Notes: generated by a model from the letters alone, not told the origin. A stretch of 64,000 nt of DNA from Marivita sp. (GCF_965216415.1 NZ_CBDCFU010000001.1), one strand, 5' to 3'; counted from the first letter of the stretch, positions 20,923 to 31,735 are shown. Program-made: numbers and translations.

Positions 20923-20947
20923 GGAACCAACTCGGGTCAAAGCGGTT
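20923..20947 (+). promoter_or_regulatory. Sigma-EcfG-like promoter of disulfide oxidoreductase
   Basis: GGAAC-N16-GGTT. Confidence 0.55.
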
Positions 20948-20971
20948 GAGGATTTAACGAAAGGACATCTC

Positions 20972-22375
20972 ATGACCACTCATTCCGTCGATGTTGCCGT
21001 GATCGGCGCGGGCACCGCCGGGCTGGCCGCCGAAAGCCACGCGCGCAAGGCTGGCGCCTCGACTATTCTGATCGACCCGGCCTTTGCCGGAACCACCTGC
21101 GCGACCGTGGGCTGCATGCCGTCGAAATTGCTGATCGCCGCTGCAGATGCCGCCGACGCTGTACGCAACGCCAAAGCGTTCGGCATCCACGCCACACCCA
21201 ATATCGATGAAGCAGCCGTGATGCAGCGTGTGCGCGACATGCGCGATGGATTCGCGCAAGGCGTTCGTGACAGCATCGACAACCTGCCCGATGGCGTCGC
21301 CGTGCAGGCCCGTGCGCGGTTTGACGCGCCGGGGCGGCTTGCGCTTGACAATGGCGACACCGTTGAGGCGCGGGTGATTATAGTTGCAACCGGCGCGGCA
21401 CCGGCGCTGCCGGGTCCTTTTGACGATCTGGGAGATCGAGTGCTGACCAACGAGGATATCTTTGAACTGACCACGCTGCCCCGGCGCCTCGGCGTGATTG
21501 GCGGTGGGCCTTTGGGGCTGGAAATGGCGCAGGCAATGCATCGACTTGGTGTCGACGTCACGCTGTTCGATGCGAGCGACCGGCTTGCTGCGCTGGCCGC
21601 CGAGACCAGCGCAGCGCTGCACAAGATCCTGTCGCAGCATTTCAAGATCCACCTGAGCACGAAGCCGCAGCCAGAGATGAACGAGGACGGCGTGACGCTT
21701 GGTTGGGACGGCGAGTCCATCGCCGTCGACAAGATTTTGGTTGCCGCAGGTCGCCCCCCCTCTGTTGCCGGGTTAGAGCCTGAAAATGCCGGTCTGCCCA
21801 TGCAGGACGGCGCGCCGGTGGTGGATGAACGATCATTGCAATGGGGTGATGCGCCGGTCTTTGTCGCCGGTGACGCGAATGCCGCGCGCGCGGTCCTTCA
21901 CGAGGCCAGCACGGAAGGAGCCATCGCCGGGGCCAATGCCGTCGCTTGGCCTGAGATCGGCCAGGCCAACCGCACCGTGCCGCTAGCCATCTGTTTCTGT
22001 CGGCCCACGGCAGCCACCATCGGTACCGGGCCGGATGACAGCACGGTGACAGGCAGCACCGATTTCAGCGATCAGGGCCGTGCATCGGTCATGGCTCGGG
22101 CTGAAGGTTTGTTGCAGATCCATGCGCGCAAGTCGGATGGCCGTCTTGTTGGTGCATCGCTCTGCGTGCCCGGGGGCGAGCATCTGGCACATCTTCTGGC
22201 ATGGTGCATTGACATGGGTCTGTCCGCATCCGACGTGTTGAACCGGCCCTTTTATCACCCGACGCTTGAGGAGGGACTGCAATCGGCCCTGCGTGAGATT
22301 TGCAAAGCGGTGGGAGAGGCCACGCCTTGGCAACGCAATGACGACGACGTACCGGGCGGTCGGGCCTGCGGATAG
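20972..22375 (+). CDS. Dihydrolipoyl dehydrogenase-like pyridine nucleotide-disulfide oxidoreductase
   Basis: GAGTAG FAD motif, CATVGC redox disulfide, GGGPLG NAD motif, 'YHPTLEEG' His-Glu pair. Confidence 0.88.
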   Translation: MTTHSVDVAVIGAGTAGLAAESHARKAGASTILIDPAFAGTTCATVGCMPSKLLIAAADAADAVRNAKAFGIHATPNIDEAAVMQRVRDMRDGFAQGVRDSIDNLPDGVAVQARARFDAPGRLALDNGDTVEARVIIVATGAAPALPGPFDDLGDRVLTNEDIFELTTLPRRLGVIGGGPLGLEMAQAMHRLGVDVTLFDASDRLAALAAETSAALHKILSQHFKIHLSTKPQPEMNEDGVTLGWDGESIAVDKILVAAGRPPSVAGLEPENAGLPMQDGAPVVDERSLQWGDAPVFVAGDANAARAVLHEASTEGAIAGANAVAWPEIGQANRTVPLAICFCRPTAATIGTGPDDSTVTGSTDFSDQGRASVMARAEGLLQIHARKSDGRLVGASLCVPGGEHLAHLLAWCIDMGLSASDVLNRPFYHPTLEEGLQSALREICKAVGEATPWQRNDDDVPGGRACG

Positions 22376-22578
22376 CCGCGCGAAGCTCAGCAGCTTGCCC
22401 ATTTACGTATAGAATCCGGCAACGACCGGATTTACCTTAGCTTCGCTTGGCAAGGTCGGTGAAATTTTCACAGGATTTTATTACGTCCGACAGGCGAAGG
22501 ATCATTGGCAAAGCTGCATGAGTTATCGGCACGAGAAGCTTGTGCGGATGAGCCTCCCATCACGGCCAAATCTCTTGG

Positions 22579-23433
22579 TTAATCGCTGAGTTCCGGATGG
22601 CTTTGACGATCCGCCTTGATCTGTGCCCAAGTAAGCAGGGTATAGATCACCGTACCGCCGACAACATTGCCGATCACCGCCGGCAGAATGAAAGTGAGCA
22701 GCTTTGCGCCCAGTGCTGCCTCTCCAGCAGCAACCAGAGCGCCGACCTCAACCCCGCCTGCGATGACATGCGAGAAACCGGCGAGCGAGATGACATAAGT
22801 GATCACGGTGATCAGCGCGAAATGCCCCTGATCGGTGGTGGACATGATCCAAACCAGTGCCGCGATCAGCCAGCCCGCGCCGATGCCCATCATCAGTGTT
22901 TCGCTGAACCCGCGACCAGTGCCATGCGCCGAAATGTCTAACACCGCGTTCCACGTGGAAGGTTCCAGATGGCTTGTCAGCGCTAGCACCACCCCAAACA
23001 GGAATGCCCCAAGAAGATTAGCGCCCAGCACCAGCCCCCAAAGCCGCGCGACCTGCAGGAAGACAGTCTTGCAGGGTTTTTCCAGCGCCGGAACGACGAC
23101 AGTGATGGTGTTTTCGGTGAAAAGCTGCATCTGACCCATGATTACGATCAAAAAGCCCACCGTGTAGCCCAAGGATGTGATCAACGGGGCCCAAGTTGTC
23201 TGAGGCAGATGTGCTGTAAGCAGCGCCTTCGACAGCACGGAAAACCCCAGAGCAAGCCCCGCCACCAGCGCGGAGGCGATCAGGGCGGTGGCGGGGCGCA
23301 TCAGTTCCTGTTCGCCGCCGCGGCGGATAACCTCGAACACGGCTGGGGCGGTGATCGGTGTCTTGCTTTCGATCGCGGCCTTATCGCGTTCGGGAAAGCG
23401 GCCTTCACGAGACGTGTCGAGTTTTTCATCCAT
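22579..23433 (-). CDS. Formate/nitrite transporter (FNT, YfdC-like)
   Basis: 'QLFTENT', 'FSHVIAG', 'GNVVGG'; start MDEKLD inferred from promoter position. Confidence 0.85.
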   Translation of the reverse strand: MDEKLDTSREGRFPERDKAAIESKTPITAPAVFEVIRRGGEQELMRPATALIASALVAGLALGFSVLSKALLTAHLPQTTWAPLITSLGYTVGFLIVIMGQMQLFTENTITVVVPALEKPCKTVFLQVARLWGLVLGANLLGAFLFGVVLALTSHLEPSTWNAVLDISAHGTGRGFSETLMMGIGAGWLIAALVWIMSTTDQGHFALITVITYVISLAGFSHVIAGGVEVGALVAAGEAALGAKLLTFILPAVIGNVVGGTVIYTLLTWAQIKADRQSHPELSD

Positions 23434-23441
23434 TAAGTCGT

Positions 23442-23466
23442 AACGCGCCCACGCCGGAACCGTTCC
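23442..23466 (-). promoter_or_regulatory. Sigma-EcfG-type promoter of FNT gene
   Basis: GGAAC-N16-CGTT, 8 nt before ATG. Confidence 0.7.
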
Positions 23467-24024
23467 ATGACCAAGCCGGATAAAAAATTGCCACCGCACG
23501 CAACGATAGACTGCCGCCACGGCTTTTGCAAAAACCCTTGCGAGCGTGTCCTTGCCCAAGCGGCGATTGGGATCGCTTCTACCGGCGCCTTTCCTGGGCA
23601 GAGTACACGTCCACTGGAACGAGCTTATCTGCGTTTATGACCAGTTCAGGGATCATGAGAGCGTCGAGTTGCACATGAAAAGGCACGTTTCGAGCGTCGA
23701 TAAAGCGCTATTAGCAAGAAGGCGACCGATGTCACCTGGCTCGATAAACAGGGAGCGCGCGGTGTTTCAGCGCTCCGATGTGGTCTTCCTTGGTAGCTAT
23801 GTGTCAAATCTCGGCCAATCAAACCCACGGTCGGCCGATCAACTACCAGCGCACCTAACCAGACACCCCCGCGTGGAGCCAACACAATAAAATCGTGGCG
23901 ATCGAAGACGCTATCGCTTTCATCGGTCAGCCCGCCAGCAGTGCAGCGCGATTGACCGGTTTGACCCGATGGTGCGCGCGAAGCCCATCGTGCGCTACAC
24001 CATTTCACCGGACATCATCGGCCA

Positions 24025-25884
24025 TCAGGCTTCTGTTCGTGTCATGCGTTCGCCAAAGCGTCTCAGCGCTCCGCGTAGAGCCCACTTCGACAATCCTCCG
24101 TCAACATCCGGGCCAAAGCCCATCCGATCCAGCGCCTCTTTCTCGCAGGGATGCGGCCTGCATATCAGAGCATCTCTAAGCAACGTCAGCTTGCCCGTCC
24201 ATGTGGCCGACATGTTTTTGAGTTCGGATAGAACAGGCAACAAAAAGCGTTCGGTATCGTCGAAATCGGTGCCGAAGGGAAAGGCCGGCAAAGCGTCCGA
24301 AAAGGGATCGAGCCACTCTGCGAGCACTTCGGGGGTGTTTCGACGATGTCTTTCGGGCACGCGGTAGCTGTCGGGCAACTTGCCGGCGCCCTTTGCCTTG
24401 TCCGCAAGTTGCTCTTGGAAACGGCTGTCGGCAATTCCGATCATCGCGGAGATTGATGCGGCGTCCGTTTTGCCGCGCAGATCGGCCACGCCGTATTCGG
24501 TGATGATGATATCCCGCATGTGCCAAGGTATCGTGCAGTGCGGAAAGTCCCAAACGATGTTGCTTTCCGTCTTTCCGCCGGACGTCCGCGTCGCGTTCAG
24601 AGTGATGATGGAACGCCCGCCTTCCAAGGCAAAGGCTTGATCGACAAAGTTGAACTGACCGCCGACGCCACTCACAACCTGACCGTCCTCGACCGCATCC
24701 GAAATCACGGCGCCCAGCACTGTGGCTTTCATCCCGGCATTGACGAACCGTGCGCCCCGTCGTGCGGCACGTTTGGCCTCCTCGTCGCCATAAAGCGCAT
24801 TGGTAAAACTCACGGGTTTCATGTGGATCTTGTGGCGCTGCTCGGGCGGCAAGTCTCGCAGCCGTTGGTAAAAGTCACGGCACTCCAAGAAAAAACCGGC
24901 ATGGATTGCCGCTCCATCAACCTCACGCTTGACGATACCGGCCTCGAGCAACCGCAGCATGCCATCGACCAGCATTTCCGTCACACCGTAGAGGCCGGTC
25001 TCGAATGGCTCTGTCCAGCCCTCTGCGCCCACCGGGAATGGGCACGCAGCCTGAATGGTCCGTGTCTTTCCGGCTTGGCGCAGCGTCATCGCGTGGGCAA
25101 CAGCATCGCCGAGTTCGCCGATGCCGATCTGCAGCGTACCACCGTCGGGGATAAGGCCCGCCACATGCAGGCTTATGGCATGATCGGCCCGTGAAACCGG
25201 CATTTTGGGCAAGGAGAAGAGTTCGAACGGCTCGGGAGGATCAAGCCAAATCGCCACCTCATCTGGGACGATCGGTGCGTCTCCGTGAAGAACGGGCAGC
25301 GCTTTGTTGCGCTCTCCCGCAAGAAGAAAGTCCATCTCGCCCTTTGCCCTGAGTCGGAGCAAGTCGGCAGATATGTCGGTGTTGCAAGACAGGTTCGGCG
25401 CTCCCGCCGATCCAGCCATCAATTGCAACAGCAGGTTTGGCCGCTTGCCAACCAGAATATCGAGCGCATGCGTATAATTGGCGGGAACATAATGCTCTTG
25501 CGCGTAACGATTCCCAAGGAGCCGCCCCGCCATAAGAAAGAACTCTTGCACCCTGATATTCTCCGGCAGGATGCCTTCTCTGCGCAATCGGGCGTATAGG
25601 ATTTCGGGGTAGGCTCCGAACAGTCGATCAGATGCCGGCTCCAAGAATCGGCGGCGCAGGCCTTGAGGACGGGGGACTTCAAGCGTCAGCGCCGTGAAGA
25701 TCGTCAGGCGCATATCCGGGTTGTCACAGGCAAGCCTGGTCAGCGCATTTAGCAGTGTGACCGGCTTTCCAAGACCCAAGGGCAAAGCCACACGGATGTC
25801 GGTGCCAAGCCGCTCGACGATGGCTTCAGCTGCGGCCTCTGCATCGGTGAAACGCTGTGGCTCACCTCTCAAAATCGGTCCCAC
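24025..25884 (-). CDS. Acetyl-CoA hydrolase/CoA-transferase family protein
   Basis: 'TLQIGIG', 'VSGVGGQFNF', 'IITEYGVADLRGKTD'. Confidence 0.85.
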   Translation of the reverse strand: MGPILRGEPQRFTDAEAAAEAIVERLGTDIRVALPLGLGKPVTLLNALTRLACDNPDMRLTIFTALTLEVPRPQGLRRRFLEPASDRLFGAYPEILYARLRREGILPENIRVQEFFLMAGRLLGNRYAQEHYVPANYTHALDILVGKRPNLLLQLMAGSAGAPNLSCNTDISADLLRLRAKGEMDFLLAGERNKALPVLHGDAPIVPDEVAIWLDPPEPFELFSLPKMPVSRADHAISLHVAGLIPDGGTLQIGIGELGDAVAHAMTLRQAGKTRTIQAACPFPVGAEGWTEPFETGLYGVTEMLVDGMLRLLEAGIVKREVDGAAIHAGFFLECRDFYQRLRDLPPEQRHKIHMKPVSFTNALYGDEEAKRAARRGARFVNAGMKATVLGAVISDAVEDGQVVSGVGGQFNFVDQAFALEGGRSIITLNATRTSGGKTESNIVWDFPHCTIPWHMRDIIITEYGVADLRGKTDAASISAMIGIADSRFQEQLADKAKGAGKLPDSYRVPERHRRNTPEVLAEWLDPFSDALPAFPFGTDFDDTERFLLPVLSELKNMSATWTGKLTLLRDALICRPHPCEKEALDRMGFGPDVDGGLSKWALRGALRRFGERMTRTEA

Positions 25885-27935
25885 CCCTTATCCGGTTTAA
25901 ACCGCGGACCGTGCTTTTCTTCGAACTTCTCGAGCTGCCGAACGATATCTTCGACGCCGCGCGCTCGAGCATAGTGCAAGGGTCCGCCTCGAAACGGCGC
26001 GAAGCCTGTGGCAAAGGTCATTGTGCCGTCAACTTCGTCTTCCTCGGCAACCACGCCAAGCCGCAGGCATTCCACGCAGGCATCAAGCATGGGCAGGATC
26101 ATTCGATCCGCAAGCGCGTCATCGCGCTTCTGCTCTGGGTCCGGCTCGCCGTCGGACCAATTCCACAAGCCTTTGCCAGATTTCTTTCCGGTTTCACCCG
26201 CCTCGACCTTGTCGCGCAGCAATCTTGGCGTGTCGGCCATCGGCTTGTCGAGATCGTCGCGCATGCTTTCGGCCACGTCGACGCAGATATCGAGCCCCAC
26301 GTGGTCTGCCAAGGTGATCGGTCCCATCGGCATCCCGAAGGCCAGCGCGGCACCGTCGATCCGCTCCTTGTCGACGCCCTCCTCCATCAGCAGGAGCGCC
26401 TCCATCAGGTAGGGCATCAACGCGCGGTTCACGAGAAATCCGGGGTGATCCGTCACGACTACCGGCAACCTGTCGATATCGCCACAAAACGCGGTAAGCC
26501 GGTCAAGCGTCTCTTCCGATGTGACGTCTTGTCTCACCACTTCCACCAACTGCATTTTCGGTACCGGGTTGAAAAAGTGAAGACCCGCAAAGCGCTCCGG
26601 ATCCGGCGCCGCCAGCGCAAGACGGCTAAGCCGCAAACTGGACGTATTGCTCACAAGGATCGCTGTATCCTTCAATCCGGAAAGACTTTCATACACATCA
26701 GTCTTGAGCTCGAGCTTTTCGGGCACCGCCTCGATGACCAGATCCGCCTGCCGCACGCCGACACCCTTGGGGTCGGGCATCAAACGATCCATCGCGTCAC
26801 GCGTTTCAAGTGACGACAGATGCGCGCCCGCGCATGTCTTGCGCGCATCACCGATGGCCTGGCCGATTTGGGCGTTTTCTACATCGAAGAGTGTCACCTG
26901 CGCTCCCTGGATCGCCGCCCAAGCGGCAATGTCAGCACCCATGGCACCGGCACCGATGACATGGACATGATGGATTTCACTGTCGCCGCGTGCCGCCGTC
27001 TTGAGTCTCTGCCGAAGGAAAAACACGCGCGCGAGATTGCGGCAGGCGTCGGTCTCCAAGAGCCGCGCGAATGACGCTATCTCGGCCGTCTGCATGGCTT
27101 CGCGGTTTCCACCATGCTCTTCCCACAGATCGATAAGGCCATGCGGCGCGGGGAAATGCTCTTTTGGCGCTTTTTCTTCGGTCTGCTTGCGCATCTGGCG
27201 CGCCGCGAGGCTGCGGCCCGGCTTAGTCTGCACCGCGCGTGACTTGAGCCCTGCAGGGGATTTCTCGAAGCGCTTCGCGGCGATGTCGCGAAGAGCATTG
27301 CCAAGATGGCGTTCCTCAATCACTGCATCGGCGATGCCGAGCTTCTCGGCCTTCATCGTATGTGCCGATTTGCCGGTCAGCATCAGAGTCATCGCTTCAG
27401 TCGGCTCTATCAATTCTGTAAGGCGAAATGTTCCACCGAGCCCGGGATGAAGGCCCAGCCGTACTTCGGGAAATCCGAAAGACGCGCCTTTGATGGCAAT
27501 CCTATGATCGCAAGCCAGCGCAATCTCAAAGCCCGCGCCGAGTGCCGCGCCATGTACGACGGCCACGGTTGGGAAGGGCAACGCTTCAAGCCGGTCGAGC
27601 ACCGCATGGCCTCTGCGTAGCATGTCGGCGGCGCTTTCCTCGTTCAGGTCGGAAAACCGTTTGATATCCGCGCCGGTAGCAAACCCGCTTTGCTTGGCCG
27701 AGCGGATAACCAGTGCAGTGGGCTCTTCTTGCTCCAAAAGTTCAATATGGGCGTCGAGTTCGCTTATCACCGCTTCGGAAATGGTGTTGGTCCCGCTGTC
27801 CGGGCAGTCCAATACCAGCCAGACGATCCCTTGTTCGTCGGTACCAACGCGCCATTTGTCGTCCGCTTCTGCTTTTTGAACCGGCCCGAGGGCCTGACGC
27901 GTCTCGCCTATATAGCTCAGAACTGGACCAACCAT
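25869..27935 (-). CDS. fadJ: Fatty-acid oxidation complex alpha subunit (enoyl-CoA hydratase/3-hydroxyacyl-CoA dehydrogenase)
   Basis: 'GAGFEIALAC', 'FPEVRLG', 'GAGAMG', 'GLHFFNPV', 'PGFLVNR'; TGATG overlap with thiolase. Confidence 0.88.
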   Translation of the reverse strand: MVGPVLSYIGETRQALGPVQKAEADDKWRVGTDEQGIVWLVLDCPDSGTNTISEAVISELDAHIELLEQEEPTALVIRSAKQSGFATGADIKRFSDLNEESAADMLRRGHAVLDRLEALPFPTVAVVHGAALGAGFEIALACDHRIAIKGASFGFPEVRLGLHPGLGGTFRLTELIEPTEAMTLMLTGKSAHTMKAEKLGIADAVIEERHLGNALRDIAAKRFEKSPAGLKSRAVQTKPGRSLAARQMRKQTEEKAPKEHFPAPHGLIDLWEEHGGNREAMQTAEIASFARLLETDACRNLARVFFLRQRLKTAARGDSEIHHVHVIGAGAMGADIAAWAAIQGAQVTLFDVENAQIGQAIGDARKTCAGAHLSSLETRDAMDRLMPDPKGVGVRQADLVIEAVPEKLELKTDVYESLSGLKDTAILVSNTSSLRLSRLALAAPDPERFAGLHFFNPVPKMQLVEVVRQDVTSEETLDRLTAFCGDIDRLPVVVTDHPGFLVNRALMPYLMEALLLMEEGVDKERIDGAALAFGMPMGPITLADHVGLDICVDVAESMRDDLDKPMADTPRLLRDKVEAGETGKKSGKGLWNWSDGEPDPEQKRDDALADRMILPMLDACVECLRLGVVAEEDEVDGTMTFATGFAPFRGGPLHYARARGVEDIVRQLEKFEEKHGPRFKPDKGWDRF

Positions 27936-29221
27936 CAGACCGCCTCCAACATCATCGCCCCGGCTTGCCCACCACCGATGCATTCGGTGGCGATGCTGCG
28001 GCGCTCTCCCAGCCGTTTCATTGCGTTTGCCGCATGCAGCACGATCCGATTTCCACTGGTCCCCACCGGATGACCCAGCGAAATCGCCCCGCCGTCGACA
28101 TTGAGCCGCGTCCGCTCAATCCGTCCGAACGCCCCATCGAGCCCAAGAAGGTCGCGGCAGAACGCTTCGTCCTCCCACGCGGCAAGACAGGCCAGCACTT
28201 GGGCCGCGAAGGCTTCATTCAGTTCCCAGACGCCGACATCTTCGCGCGCCAAGCCATGCCGCGCCATCATTGGGGTCACTGCCATGACCGGCCCGAGTCC
28301 CATGATCGATGGATCAACCCCGGCCCACTCGCTGTCCACGATCTTCGCGAGCGGCTCCAATTCGTGTTCCTCCACCACGTTCTCCGAGGCCAGTATGACC
28401 CAAGATGCGCCATCCGTGATCTGAGAGGCATTACCCGGCGTTACCTTTCCATAAGGCTTCTCAAAGGCCGGCTTAAGCTTGGCGAGGTCCTCCATGCTAT
28501 TGTCCGGCCGTACGCCATCATCCGTTTCGTAAACCTGTCCGCTCTCGTCGAAGGCGGCCTCGACCTCTGCGTCAAGCAGGCCTTCTTTCTGCGCATCGGC
28601 AAGCCTTTGATGACTTTGCAACGCGTAGGCATCCGCTTGCTCGCGCGAGATCCCGAACCGATATGCCAGCACCTCTGCGGTTTGGCCCATGTTGAGGTCC
28701 GTGATCGGATCGGTCAGGCCGCGTTCCAGCCCCAGCACGGGCTTCAGGGACCCGGGCCGAAAGTCCTTCATGGCATGGGCCTTGTCCATCATGGTTTTAG
28801 CCTGATTGAACCGTGCGAGCCATTCCACGGCCTCTTGCCGAAGCGTCAGTGGCGCATGACTGAGCGCCTCAGCGCCACCGGCTAATATCAGGTCATGATC
28901 GCCGTCCCGGATATAGCGATAGGCGGTGTCGATGGATTGCATGCCAGAGCCACAGTTAATCTGCACCGTGAAGGCCGTCATGGGGGCACCCATTCCCAAC
29001 CGTAGTGATGCCACGCGTGCCGGGTTCATTTCGTCAGCCACGACATTGACGCATCCCAAGATAACCAGATCAAAGGCGCACCGGTCAAAAGGCTGCCTTG
29101 TCAGCAGTGGCCTTCCACATTGCACGGCAAGATCGACAGGTGTGAACGGTCCAGGCTTCCCGCGCGCTTTCAGAAATGGCGTGCGCGCGCCGTCGACCAA
29201 ATAGACGGGACGTGCGGTCAT
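27935..29221 (-). CDS. fadI: Acetyl-CoA C-acyltransferase (thiolase)
   Basis: 'NCGSG', 'NEAFA', 'GHPVG', 'CIGGGQ' thiolase motifs. Confidence 0.9.
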   Translation of the reverse strand: MTARPVYLVDGARTPFLKARGKPGPFTPVDLAVQCGRPLLTRQPFDRCAFDLVILGCVNVVADEMNPARVASLRLGMGAPMTAFTVQINCGSGMQSIDTAYRYIRDGDHDLILAGGAEALSHAPLTLRQEAVEWLARFNQAKTMMDKAHAMKDFRPGSLKPVLGLERGLTDPITDLNMGQTAEVLAYRFGISREQADAYALQSHQRLADAQKEGLLDAEVEAAFDESGQVYETDDGVRPDNSMEDLAKLKPAFEKPYGKVTPGNASQITDGASWVILASENVVEEHELEPLAKIVDSEWAGVDPSIMGLGPVMAVTPMMARHGLAREDVGVWELNEAFAAQVLACLAAWEDEAFCRDLLGLDGAFGRIERTRLNVDGGAISLGHPVGTSGNRIVLHAANAMKRLGERRSIATECIGGGQAGAMMLEAV

Positions 29222-31467
29222 TGGGCACTCTCCTTAGAAGTTCGTGTGTCGTGCTCATAGCCGGGAAAAAGTCGCGCCAACTCTCCCGGTGCAAAGTCGT
29301 CGACGGCCACCACGGCCTGCACAGCTTTGTCCATCTCGGTCAGTTGGTCGCGCTCATCCTGGCTGATCGTGCCGGCCCTCAGGCCGTCCTCCGGTGATTG
29401 GTTGGCCTCACGCAAACGCTTGCGGATCGGCTCCGCCTCGACCACTTTGGCAAAGGCCAAGTTGATCAATTCGACCCCGTCGCGGTCGCACCCCTCGTAG
29501 AGCTTGCCGACGATCCGCTCGCGTGTCGCCGATGTCTCCATCATCAGTTCGGCACACTGTTTGGTCAGTCTGTCATTCGGACCGTGAACACAGGCCTTGC
29601 TGCGGATCATGACGCGCAGAACGCCGGAAACCGCGCGGTTGGGGAAATTGATCAGCACCTCGTCCAATGATGTTTGTATATGCGAAAGGGCATCTTGCGC
29701 GGCGTAATGCACCACGGGTAGGTCGGCTTTCTGTCGGCCCTCGTCTTCCCACCGCTTGAGGACTGCAGAGAGAAAGTAGAGATCGGACAATACGTCGCCC
29801 ATGCGCGCCGAAATCAACTCGTTTCGCTTTAGCGCGCCGCCCAAGGTCAGAAATGCCATGTCTGCCACCAGAGCAAAAGCCGCGGACCATCTGCCCATCT
29901 GTGCGTAATAGTCGGTCACGGCGCCAGCAGATGGCGTCGGTGCGCTGCGCGCGCCGGTCCACGCTCGCGCCACGGCCCGGCCAGTTGTCGCGAGTGTATG
30001 CCCTATGTGACGCCAGAAATGCCGGCTGAATTCATTTAGCGAGGCATCGTCGTCCACGTCGGACAGCGCCAGCATCTCATCGAGCATATGCGGGTGCGCC
30101 CTGACCGAGCCTTGGCCGAAGATAATCAAACTACGGGTGACGATGTTTGCGCCCTCGACCGTGATTCCGATCGGTGTCGCATTGTAGAGGGGAGAGAGAT
30201 AATTCAGTGGGCCATCAATCACGGCCTTGCCGGAATGTACATCCATCGCATACTGAAGCGCGTCACGCATGCGATAGGTCGCGTGTGCCTTCATGATCGC
30301 CGATATTAACGAAAGCGAGCGCCCCTCATCGAGGCCTGCGCAAGTCAGGTGTCGCGCGGCATCGAGTGTATATGCGCTTGCAGCAAGCTGCGCCATCGGT
30401 GCCTGAACGCCACCGAACTTGCCGATGGGGATACCGAATTGCTCGCGTATGCGGGCATAGGCCCCGGTCGTGTGCGCCGCAAGCGCTGTGGCCGCCGCAG
30501 ATAGCGACGGCAGGGAAATGCCGCGTCCTGCTGCCAGCGCGCTCATCAGCATGCGCCAGCCCTGCCCTGCCTGGTCGGGCCCGCCGATAATGCTGTCGAC
30601 AGGGATAAAAACATCTTCACCGGAAATCGGACCGTTCTGGAACATGGTTGCGCCGGGTATGTGACGGTGCCCGCGCAACACCCCCGGCAGATCTGCGGGG
30701 ACCAGTGCGCAGGTAAAGCCAAGATCCTCGCGACCGCCCAAAAGTCCGTCCGGATCCGACAGCTTGAAAGCAAGCCCGAGGACCGTGCAAACCGGGGCAA
30801 GCGTGATATAACGCTTGGCAAAGTTGAGCCTTATGCCAATCACCTCTTCGTCGTTCCAAGTGCCCCTGCAAACAACACCACTATCGGTCATGGCGGACGC
30901 GTCCGACCCGGCTTCTTCGCTGGTCAAGCCGAACGCGGGCAATTCGCGTCCATTTGCAAGACGTGGCAACCAGTAATCCTGCTGCTCTTCCGTTCCAAAT
31001 TGCAGAAGCAACTCACCTGGCCCCAAGGAATTAGGCACCATGACGGTCACGGCAGCCGCAACTGACCGGGACGACAACAGGCGCAAAACCTCTGAATGCG
31101 CATACGCGGAAAAGCCCAGACCGCCATGCTTTTTCGGTATGATCATCCCGAAAAAGCGGTGCTCTCGCAGAAATTCCCAAGCTTCGGTTGGTAGGTCCGC
31201 CGTCTCGTTATTGATCTTCCAATCGTCGATCATGCGGCAGAAGTCCTGACACGGGCCGTCTATGAATGCTTCTTCTTCTTTAGTGAGTTCGGGTTTTTCC
31301 ACGGACCGCAGCTGAGCCCAATCGGGATTGCCTGAGAATAGTTCGCCTTCCCACCAGATCTCACCAGCGTTCATTGCTTCGCGTTCAGTCTCAGAAAGTT
31401 GTGGCAGAGCTGTGCGCGCCCATTTGTGGATGGGCCGCGTTAGCGACCTGCGGATGGTTGGGAACAT
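29218..31467 (-). CDS. fadE: Acyl-CoA dehydrogenase (FadE-type, long form)
   Basis: 'VMVPNSLGPGELL', 'FGLTSEEAGSDA', 'ITVEGANI', C-terminal DUF1974-like region. Confidence 0.9.
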   Translation of the reverse strand: MFPTIRRSLTRPIHKWARTALPQLSETEREAMNAGEIWWEGELFSGNPDWAQLRSVEKPELTKEEEAFIDGPCQDFCRMIDDWKINNETADLPTEAWEFLREHRFFGMIIPKKHGGLGFSAYAHSEVLRLLSSRSVAAAVTVMVPNSLGPGELLLQFGTEEQQDYWLPRLANGRELPAFGLTSEEAGSDASAMTDSGVVCRGTWNDEEVIGIRLNFAKRYITLAPVCTVLGLAFKLSDPDGLLGGREDLGFTCALVPADLPGVLRGHRHIPGATMFQNGPISGEDVFIPVDSIIGGPDQAGQGWRMLMSALAAGRGISLPSLSAAATALAAHTTGAYARIREQFGIPIGKFGGVQAPMAQLAASAYTLDAARHLTCAGLDEGRSLSLISAIMKAHATYRMRDALQYAMDVHSGKAVIDGPLNYLSPLYNATPIGITVEGANIVTRSLIIFGQGSVRAHPHMLDEMLALSDVDDDASLNEFSRHFWRHIGHTLATTGRAVARAWTGARSAPTPSAGAVTDYYAQMGRWSAAFALVADMAFLTLGGALKRNELISARMGDVLSDLYFLSAVLKRWEDEGRQKADLPVVHYAAQDALSHIQTSLDEVLINFPNRAVSGVLRVMIRSKACVHGPNDRLTKQCAELMMETSATRERIVGKLYEGCDRDGVELINLAFAKVVEAEPIRKRLREANQSPEDGLRAGTISQDERDQLTEMDKAVQAVVAVDDFAPGELARLFPGYEHDTRTSKESAQ

Positions 31468-31487
31468 TTAGAAACCTCCAGCAAAAT

Positions 31488-31513
31488 AACGTCATCGCTG
31501 CGACATCGGTTCC
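31488..31513 (-). promoter_or_regulatory. Sigma-EcfG-type promoter of fadE operon
   Basis: GGAAC-N17-CGTT, 20 nt before ATG with GGAGG RBS. Confidence 0.72.
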
Positions 31514-31710
31514 AAAAAGAGCTTTCCGGGTCCTCGGGGGATATGGGCGCATCGGATGAAAACCTTATACCCCTTGCGGTGGAAACGTGTTGGATGCTCC
31601 TGCTTCGCTAGGGGCCGACAGAGGTCTTTTGGGATCAAAGTTTTGGATGAAGAGCGCTGGCCAAGCCTCGATCTCCGTCGGCACGAGCCGCACGCTCGCG
31701 AAGTAGATTT

Positions 31711-31735
31711 GGAACCTTGATCGACGATAATGGTT
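31711..31735 (+). promoter_or_regulatory. Sigma-EcfG-like promoter of permease
   Basis: GGAAC-N16-GGTT. Confidence 0.55.

Noticed and set aside
23480-23900. Possible response-regulator remnant ('GFLQKPW')
   Set aside because: Single short motif in broken frames
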